Shown one piece after another: positions 1 to 64,000 of a DNA stretch of 64,000 nucleotides (position 1 is its first letter; every line of letters begins with the position of its first letter). Both the position numbers and the translations under genes were made by a program. The notes below the pieces were generated by a model. That model was not told the origin of the DNA, made no database searches, and worked only from the letters and a program-made list of their open reading frames with translations. The DNA lies in assembly GCF_964204645.1 (NCBI RefSeq), contig NC_134033.1, positions 11,540,655-11,604,654 of the forward strand. Direction: 5' to 3'. Source of the stretch: Tubulanus polymorphus (lineage: Eukaryota > Animalia > Nemertea).

Positions 1-2788
1 TTTTCAAGCATTTGTACGCTAAAATGCCACAGGATATTTTCTAGACTAACCACAGTTCTTAGGATAAATGAAACTATGTAAAATACAGGGGTGCATTATT
101 CCGAGCACTATTTCCGAGCCCTTCGTCAACTCAGGAATTTCCGTGTCTCAATTCATAGAAGAGTTTAAGCTTTCAACGGTTAAAATTGAATTTGTCGTCC
201 TTGTAGAAAACACGAAGTTGCCAATAACAACAGGCGTATTGGAAGCAATTTTTAATTGCTGCGGCCAAATGCAGATTTTGGACAGGTTCTCTAGATATTG
301 CTGCGGCGAATTTACTTACATTTTTTTCAAAAAGATGGTATTCAAAGAAAAAAGTAAATCATTCAGTAAATTATTGCCGCGGCTGCAGTCGCTGCACTTC
401 CAACACCACTGAGCAATCAAACCAAAAATGCGAGAGATATACTTTTTCAATCGCTATCTCATTACGAGATCATCCTAAAATTCAAATTTTTTCCCTGAAA
501 AATGATTGACCTGCACTTAGCATTGCTTCTCCTACTTCTATTCAGGTCCAGAACGCCTTTTGAGATGGCCGAATACCCCTCCTGATAAACATTGAAAATA
601 AGAACAGAATGACAGAAAATAAAGCGCCTGTTATTAAGTGTATAATGCCTTTCGAAGTTTTTGATTAGATTTTTTTCTCATATATACACAATATATCACA
701 ATAAAAATACTATTAATATGAAAGTATAGCCATAAATAAATATATATATATGCAAAACACAACAACAAAATACTTAAATCTTTGATTTTACTTTTCACAC
801 AACCACATATGGGCCAGTGCATACATTGCTTAGATCTTTAACAGGACTGAACTGATTTTGTTCTTATCACCGAAGGATGGATCTAGGAAATGATGAAAGA
901 CTACGCAGAGGAAATGTTCAGAATTAGGTACAAGCATAGACTTTCTCCAGACTTCTAAGGAAAATATTGGCATGTATATCAATATATCCCTATTTTAAGA
1001 TCAAAAGAGATCAGTCTGACAATTTGTATTATATGATGAACTGAATCCAATCGCGGAAATTTGCGATGAAGGTGTCATCTAGTGACCTGAGAGATGGCGG
1101 TTACTGACTAGTTCAAATATTTCACTCCAGGTGGCAGTACGATCAGGTCCTACATCTATGTATAAAATTGATAATAAATTGCCATGAATCAAGAAATCAT
1201 CGATCAATTAAATATAATATAACAATAAAATAAACGTAAAATAAAATTGACATAAAAACTTTTAAGAAAATATTCTCCTGTAACTGCTAATAAGAACTTG
1301 CATGTAAGAGAAGCACCTACCGAAATCTGACTGACTAGTTTAGCTTAAATCAACTTAAAACAAAATAACAAAACCTATAAATATAATATATACACATATA
1401 CGAAAACCATCACTTTCATAATATACGATATTGATTTCTGGTAATAATAAGCATAATACCAATAATAAAGATGATAAATTAATAGATTTCTTTTTTGAGA
1501 TTTTAGTTTATCCTCGGTATGAAATTTGCATTCACACATTCACATATCTGCGTACGTAGGTTCAATCTAGAATGTCTTAACATGTCAAGCAGTGCGTCTA
1601 GCTCAAGCCTGCTTTGCTTGAGACCAAATCATGAGGGACTGTCAACTGGCGGGTTTAAGTATATCGTAACGATGCCTATCTTCCATAAAGCCCTAGAGCT
1701 GAATAGGGGAGTACTACAACAGCCCCCTGATTACAGTTAGTCCCCAAATTTATTCAGCTTTATGACCAGAGTCAGTTTATCTTCATCATTTGTTAAGAGA
1801 AATCGCCCTTCCGGTCCCAGGTAAGGTTTATCCATTTTATTTCATTCTAGTCAGAATCTTTCTATCTTCAACCAGAATAACACTGAGTGTTCGGTTAAAT
1901 GTAGATGGCAGCACAGTATGATAGAGTGAAACTCAAGTTTTAATGCATAATGCGATACACTTTTCCATACAGTATGACTGGAAAGAGTGAAAAATGATGG
2001 ATCTTAAGAAGGTACATTGATGGTTTCAACAAATAATGAATAAGTTTTCAACAACATATTTCAACTTAGTACTAAATGACTATCTTAGCAGTGTAGCAGC
2101 TATATGACCGATGCAGCTACCGAGCTACGTGGAGCTACGACGCAGCTACCGAAGATGCATCTTTGCCTCACGTCTAGAGATCAGCTCAGTAAAAATAGCA
2201 GTTGAAAAATGGCGTAACAAACGCACTCTATATTCGTAATACGTTTCCTACCCCCCAAAAAACAGAGAATTCCCCCCGGAAAAAAACCAACTGAGAATAT
2301 CGTCCGCACGTGCGTCAAAACCCCTTAGAACCCTCAATGACAATGCACAATATCGTAAGAAGTTGACGGGAAAAAAATTCGGGGTGAAACGATTAAAAAT
2401 CCCCACCCAAACCCTGAATATGAGGTAATAAAACACCCATATCAGATATCGTCTAAACAAATAGATAATACCAGTACCTTAAACCCCGCTTAATCTAGGA
2501 CCTGGTTTCATAGACTGGTATTATCTTTATTGGAAGTTAAGTGAATTGAGTTAGTCCCGGTTGACGATAAATACCAGCCTATAAAAACCAGGCCGATGAA
2601 ATTCCGCAGTCCATGAAAGAAACCCGGAATAAACATCATTTTTCACACGGATAAACATTGACCGTAGTTGGACCGTGAAAAATATCTGGACAAAATTGAA
2701 ATCGAGTTTCAACCGGTCCCGATTAAGCGAGGTGTCGTATGAAATAGCCGCCGCGTCGGTACGAATGAGGAAGATACGTTTGTATATT

Positions 2789-56575
<53,787 letters not shown>

Positions 56576-59500
56576 CTCGACGGCTGCTAGTCGCGACCAG
56601 TACTAACTCCAGTCCACTCCCGGTCGTCACGTTAGAAAACGCGATGAAAATACATCGATACAATCCTCAAAACGTCGTCGTCGATTTCGATTTACAAACA
56701 TATATATATGTATATATACGTAATATATCTATATCCGAAATGAGATGAGAAACGATGGTGTCTTATTTTGCGCGGTCCGTCGACGTGCGACACACTTGAC
56801 CCTTTAAAAACTACGCAGCCTCCTAAATATTCACCCACAGTAAAACGTTAACTCGTGTCCAACATCGTTCGATTGAACCTGAAAATATAGAAATATCAAG
56901 AAAATTGAGTTAATGAATTCATGTAAAATGCAATTCTCTTCAGAGTCTAGTCTTTCGGGCCCCGGTTTCTTAGACTGGATCCAGTTCCATAATTCTAAGT
57001 TAAGCCTAGCGCACATCGACACTGTGATTGGAGACAACTAGTTGCAAGGCAGTTTTCGGGCGCATGAGAGGAACTGGCTGGATACGATCAGTTGCTTGAA
57101 TGTGTCGATGTAAGCGAGCTTACGATTGGTAAGCGTCGATCTATCTCCAGTTCCAGCCAGTTGCCCATGTTCTACTTTTGAGCAACTGGTTGTACTCAAT
57201 CGCAGTCATATCCGTTGATGTGCACGCTCTGGTTCTCGACGATCGACACGCGCCATGCAGTTTATGCGACTGACCGGGGATTATTTTGCTTTCGCATCCA
57301 TGAAACCTAGCCTAGATGAATAATAAATCAGCTCTTTATTGCGTGGCGTCGTATAAATGCACCAGCTAAATTATCATTACGCAAAATCAAATATGTTGTA
57401 ATGGTGACTTCAATAACTAGGGGTGCGGAGACGCCGCACCCGCTTGGAAAGTCGTTTGAAATGCTCGACAATGCAACATTTACGATATTCATCGCCCCCT
57501 GGTGAACATATATACACAGAGCTGCCAACCACAGAAAATGTCAGTAGATATCTTTCTAGTTTTTCAGTATTTTCTCTCGAGTTCGTCGAAAAGTGAACGT
57601 ACTAGCCCTCTCCGGTACTAGAGTCGCAAGTGAGCTAAAAATAACTAAATCAATAAAAATCAGACAATTGGTAACTCTGCGTACGAGCAGAGTCAGTATA
57701 TCCTATACACGTTAGAAATTGAAATTTCACCACCGACAAAACTAGATTATCACCGTAACAACGAGAACTGCGCGATGAAATTGAATCGATCGTCGGCCAT
57801 GAGATGAAAACGTGTTTTTATAGTGTATGCCGCCGTTTAAACAAATCGGGTATGATATTCATCGTTGATCTCGAGGAGTTTTGATTTTGTCGACCAATCA
57901 GACGCTATTCACCGCGTTTATTGACGTTTCGACCGTTTCATGAAATTCCGCGCCCGCGTAACGAAATGAAACGCAATTAAACGAATTGTGTCAGACGAAC
58001 GCAATGAGGAGAATAAAAATAGAGAACCACGGGGCTTTAATGCATGGGAAAAAAAACATTATATCACAAGGAGGAACCCTGCCCGACAGCCATCTTGGAA
58101 GTAGATCCAAACTAGGGCATGCGTGCTCAATCACTGGATACACTATTTTCAGACTATAGATTGATCTCATAAATTCACAAGTGTCAGCCATCTTGTAACT
58201 AGGTCTGAACTAAACTACAGCAACGACCGCGTGCTTGATCACGTGGAGCGCTATTTTTCAGACTGTATAAAACATGATCTATGGATTTCACCTTTCACTA
58301 GAGTCAGCCATCATGAACTATATATATATATATAACTTTCATCACATACTTTGTGAAAGCGTTGCACGCAATATGGTAACATTTCAAGAAGATAATATCA
58401 TCTACCACAACAGACAATATAGAAAAGTAAAAACTAATCTCTGTCCATAAATTCCTCATAAGCTCTCCATCGACCGCCGCACTAAATACACTTGACTGTT
58501 TGAACTGGTGACACGAAAGCGGCTTAACGCCAATCGCCGAGATATAACTCGAGAACACAGCAGCCTCCGAGAGTTCGAAATATCAAAGCTTCATCATCAC
58601 CGTTCAACAGCAGCAGCAGTGTACATCATGTCTTATATACGTGTGTGGTGTGTGGTTCGCATGGGTAAATGTCATGTGTCAACTAATACAATGAGGAGAT
58701 ACAACACGACGACAACGCTTCAGAGCACTGTTACATAGTAACAATACTCACACAGTGAGCTTGTACTGTGCAACAGTTGTACAATACGCAGTCTAATACC
58801 TCGATGATGACTAACAACAGCACTACCTCATAACAACAGGTTTTAAGTCCAACCCTCTGAAAATCAGCCAACTGGTTCTAGGGTTTACTGCGAGACCGTC
58901 TGTCTGGCTGTGTGTCTGTTTGTCAGTGTCTGTCTTCCAGCTACTTAGCTTCGTTTATATTGGGTCGATGTTGATAAAACTGTTAGTATTGGGGTCTAGT
59001 TTTGCAGTGCAGAAAATGGTCCCAGTACGCCACCTAGCGACGGAACAAGGAGCTAAAAACTCATGGACTCATTGTTTTTCAATGACAATTCAATTCAATT
59101 CAATAGTCTCTTTATTGTTGTACTAATTACACAAATTTGGGTCAGGTTGTACAGAGTGATCTAGAAGATGACTGAGGACTGAGGGGGGGGGGGGGGTTGA
59201 AATAAAATGTCGTTACCGTCACTTGATATTACCAGAGACAAGACTTAAGAGGACAGATGGAGAGAGCATGAGAGAGCTGATAAAGACTAAGTATTTCAGG
59301 CACCAGCCTCCTCCCCCTCCGCAGGATCAGGCGACATCGCCGGCAATAACTCCGGATGATTGTTTTTATGTTCGTCGTGTTTGCGTGATTCAATAACGAG
59401 ATACTGAAAATATCGATGGTTTTAAGACGCAATCGCTATGCAGCAGCGCACGGTACACTTCGGTGCTGTATCTAATTATCGATATTTCTCTACATACTTG

Positions 59501-60785
59501 AACCCAACGATACGCACTACGCACTACGAGTACGAACTCTGTCCATCTACAAGAAAATGAAACCAACTGATGAAACTCAATTAGTTTATATCGCAGAATT
59601 ACGGAACGAAAGTACCGTGTACGACGGTATCAGCACGGTGATACATGGTATCTACCGCCATTTATCAGCCGTGATACAGTAGACCTCGCATGTTGCGGAG
59701 CCGATCGTCTGCACTGCGCATCATTTTTTGCCACTGTAAAATGTTTATTTAGGCCTAAATTGATACCTAGTATGTCTAGTTATATAAGGGAGAGTCGATG
59801 TGCACTATACATCATCAATGACCCATAGTAGCTCAGACTGATCCGGAACTCATAGGAAATCGGAGACAATCAGCGATATCGAACTCATGTTTGACGATAT
59901 CGAGCAACACTCACAACAAAAAGGATCCAGCTCAGTAACACCGACCGCCCCCTACCCTACCAACCAGTGACTAACACAGCTTGATACTCAAAGTATCACC
60001 AGATTAACAAATATAGCAGCAATCAACGTCATACATAGTAAAAACAGCCAGGTTTTAGAACTTTCCCCCATTTCACCAGACTACGGCGGGAAAGACGCAG
60101 CAGCCACTAATCAATATCTACCCGCTTAAGGTCGAACAATAATAGAATTGTATTGCATACAGTATCGATCTCGACTATTTCACGTTGATCATTAAATTCT
60201 AAAAATAACAAACTTGTTATACGCGAACAAACACATTTCAATGGTTTGTTACGGTTATAATGGATGCGGTAAAACAAGAGAAAATGAATAACGGCTCAGA
60301 TATTATCGATTGAATGGATTTGTATCTAGTAAAGTTTGGTCGCTCAACGATTACTTATATCTCTAAATTTATATTCAAATCAAGGTACAACAGTACAAAC
60401 TTATCACAGTATAAACTTAATTCAACAATCCACAAGCTTCCGTTGTCCGATTGACAATAGTTTTCATACAACGTGCTCAGTATTGTGGACGTATCAATTT
60501 GTAACAGTACAATTCACGGTCAGAATATTCTATATATCAAAATCAGTTCTACAAGAGTTGACTTCTTCACTGTCACCGCTGCGTAAGGAAGAGGATCGCA
60601 GTCAGCCACCACATCTGCACGTAGAAAGCAAGTCAGTCTGATCTCGGAGTAATGATTACTTCAAGGTCTGAATGGCATTTCAGAAAACGATAACAAACAC
60701 ACACGCTCTTCACCAGACATAGTTGTATCAAACTGATTAATAATTGACGTGTCGTTTGATAGAAATATCGCCGGATCCACAGGTA

Positions 60786-61080
60786 TTAACCCTTTCAGTG
60801 CGTCTACACCGCAGTGTGGTGTATAAATCAGTGATGGATTTTGCTAGTACACCGCACTGCGGTGTATTGATGTAATTAGTAATTAGTTTTTATCTCTCTT
60901 GAAAGATGGCAACACCTGTCAAACATAGTAAAATCAGCAACTAACGATACACTGCGTTGCCGTGTAGACGCACTACAGTGTTTATTCCCGTTATTCAACA
61001 CACTAGGGTGGAATTATTCAAAATTTTCAAATTATCTCTAGCACTATAGGGTATTAATAAGTCAGCACTGAAAGGGTTAA
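60786..61080. mobile_element. piggyBac-like MITE (TTAA|CCCTTTCAGTGC...GCACTGAAAGGG|TTAA); related copies 42516-42806, 56011-56419, 23851-24055
   Basis: TTAA flanks on both sides, CCC-starting terminal inverted repeats, and internal sequence shared among four copies. Confidence 0.8.
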
Positions 61081-64000
61081 ACATTTTGCTTGATACGGTC
61101 GAAAGTTCTAGTTTAGTCTAGGTAGTTATCAAATCTGTCAGTTGTCACTTATAGACAAGCGCTAAAACCGCCCAACAGGAGCAACTTCTACCAGTTGCTG
61201 TTGGCACAGTTTTTCCACAAGGCGCCAAAATGGCAAGCTAGGAGATCTATACCGAGCTGGAGGTAGAATTATCACCCGCTAACTGAAATATTGGTAGTAG
61301 CAAAACGTAAACCAATCACTGACTCTCTCTCTCTTGAGTGAGTACCCGTAAACACCTTGTTATCGATGCTTTCAGACGTGTTTCATTACGGTACTCAGAA
61401 CGTTGTCAGTATATTTAGTTTCCTTCCAGCGGTAAATTAAATAGGCAACAACATCAGTGATGAGAGAGGAGAGGAGAGAGGAGGAAAGGGAGAGGGAAGA
61501 GGTAAGGGAGAGTTGAGGGAGAGAGGGGGATGAGAGAGAGGAGAAAAACGGAGAGAGATCATGATCCTGTTGCACAGTTGTGCGTTTTAAATCTGACTTT
61601 CAACCGAGTTAAAATTAGTTCATCATATTATTCAAGATTCATCTAGTTCGCTACATTACACTTTAACGGCTAATCGTTAGACAGGCATCATGCTCCCATG
61701 AGGGAGATCAAGAGAGGTTGTGGTTGAAGAAGGAAGGGGTCAGATCTTGGCTAGTCTCCCATTTCACATAATGCATAATCGCATATTATATGGCAGACAT
61801 ATTTTCAGGTTGAGATGAGAGAGAGGGCTGAGCGGAACACCAGATGAGTGACCACATAAACAAACAGTGAGCCAAAAAGAAAGCGAGATACATGTGCATA
61901 TCTGGGTTGGCACCATTATAACAAAGCCTTTTCTACTTTGATATTATTGTATCTTAAGTCGTATTATTTTATCCATGCTATAAGTATCTGCCCATTTGTT
62001 TGTTTAGTAATTCGTTAATCCGTGCTCAGACAGATGCCCACTAATGTATTAAACAATGACCAATTTGGTACCTGTCACCTGCCTGTCACATGTCTCTCTG
62101 TTCTTTTTGTAACCAATATTGTATATAACTTGTAAGATTCAGAAGAATCGACACTCACTCTGACATTCACTCAGACACTTTCGTGAAGTCAGCCTTGGAG
62201 TCTGTATCAAATATCAGACACATACCAAGTGCCTCTGGAATAAATATTATCGTCAACTGAAAAATCGTAGTCTTCGTCATCTATATCGAGCTAGTTACTG
62301 AAACGACTCGTAAGCGGAAAATAGCGTTGCTAAACCATCACCTGATCGGAACGCCACACATATTATCTATACTGACCATATGAGGTCATGTGTCCTGCGC
62401 GCTTGTCTAATAGAACAGTATTCTATATTAGTATCAGACTCCGATAGAACTGTACTAACTCGGAGGACAGCGATTAATTTCTAATTTCAAAATCTCTACG
62501 CGGAGGAGCGCCAGAATACACATGTCGCGTACTCACATATTGATAAATATCTCGACTGACATTTTGTCGATGATCAATGATTTTCATTACTTCATTAATG
62601 AATGAACGCAGCTCGCTCCTCTTACTTATATATATGTATATATATAGAGAGAGAATTGTATAAAACATCATTTCATTTCTATATGCAGCGGGTCATGTAA
62701 AAACGTTGTGAATTTGTCAACCTATCTTTGAAAAAATTGACGACAAACATTGAGTCAAATTGATGCAAAGTGGAGCCACCCCTTTAGACATTCCCTATTC
62801 ACATCTGAAGTAAAATGTCTGGTGTTTGTAGTTCGGTTTGTAAACAAAAGTTCATTTCTTATAGGGCACACCGGCTATCCCATCAGAGATAGCGCCAGGA
62901 ATACTGGATCTCCGATCTCGGGTCAGCCAATCCAAAAATCAGGCAAATCAAGCACCTTGATCTGAATCACGATATATGATATGCCCACTAATGAGAAAAG
63001 TTGATTAGAATTTAATTGAAATATAGCTGGAAATTGAAGCGCTGTAACCCAGTGTAACTAGTGATCCTGATGGATTATTGCCGAATCCTCACTTGCCACA
63101 GTAGCATTGCAGGAATCCGATGAAATCCAGCAAATTCAGGTGGTATTTCAAATGCCACGGTAGCCTTGCCGGTAGCCTCTATGATAAATGTCTCCGGTAA
63201 AGATCTGAATGACGCAGGTGAAGCCTTGACGCTCCAAGACTGTGTGGGTAGAAAGAATTGAGTGGTTGGTTGAGTCATCGGTCATTCAATGATTTGTAAA
63301 TTATATCTAAATAGAAAATGTTTTGATATGATCTACAGACTGATAGTGCAGTCGCGTTGATATGACAGTAGATCGACTGACTGATAATGCAGTCGTGTTT
63401 GATATGACAGTAGAGTTTGATATGACAGTAGATCTACCGACTGATAATGCACAGTCCAACGATACCTTTCCATATGTTAATAAAAATATAGGTTAAAAAC
63501 GCTATGACATCAAGCGCCGTGATTATGCATATAAACTACAATTTATATATAACCAGCTGAATAGATAATGGCATTTTTACATTTCATCAAATTGTAATTG
63601 ATGATATGATACAAGTACAAGCTCCCGCGGTGTTATAAAACTACCATGGACCTAGTGATCTGTAGTCTACCACAGGGAGTATGGAGGTGGTTTGAACTTT
63701 AGGAACCCAGAAAAGCTGAAATTCATCAGATATCGAAATAGATTTCTCCCTAAAACAATGATCTGATGTGGATAACAATGGCGACGAAGTGGCCATTGAA
63801 ACTGCTTTGAAACTGATGGTTGGTTTTACACTTGAACTCGAACCTGCTTGTATCCAAAAAATCCTCTGGATGGAAATGATTTTCGAGAAATAGTTGAAAG
63901 ATAAATCAAATCGACATTTAACTGGTAGCGATGATTAACGCTGTGGCGAATTTAATAACGACATAACGAACAAAAACCAGCAACAGGTTCAAATCAGTAA

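Noticed and set aside
56600-64000. Possible further protein-coding gene upstream of FARP exon 1
   Set aside because: Only short ORFs with no recognisable motifs; likely promoter, 5'UTR intron or intergenic sequence. Non-coding exons cannot be excluded.

Overview
Eukaryotic (invertebrate animal) genomic DNA with AT-rich introns, GT-AG splicing, microsatellites and many MITEs. Most of the window is one minus-strand spliced gene of the FARP/Cdep (FARP1/2-FRMD7) FERM family. I assembled it by hand from 10 coding exons (56575 down to 2789, about 1368 aa) with consistent splice phases. It encodes an N-terminal FERM plus FERM-adjacent region followed by a 3.07-kb acidic, proline-rich terminal exon; no RhoGEF(DH)/PH exons are visible in the window. 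Its 26-kb first intron hosts an antisense, two-coding-exon glycosyltransferase (about 554 aa, type II membrane). This enzyme is a single-domain GT47/exostosin protein with motifs of the plant MUR3/KATAMARI1 xyloglucan galactosyltransferase clade rather than animal EXT1/2. The most unusual signal is a set of about a dozen frame-preserving microexon/cassette-exon candidates (6-63 nt). They lie in three FARP introns and each matches the phase of its host intron. Also present are Penelope-type palindromes carrying degenerate hammerhead-ribozyme cores, piggyBac-, Harbinger- and Tc1/pogo-like MITEs (one nested), tRNA-derived SINEs, and a 61-bp minisatellite filling intron 5. All exon models are read by eye from splice signals and reading frame and need RNA-seq confirmation.
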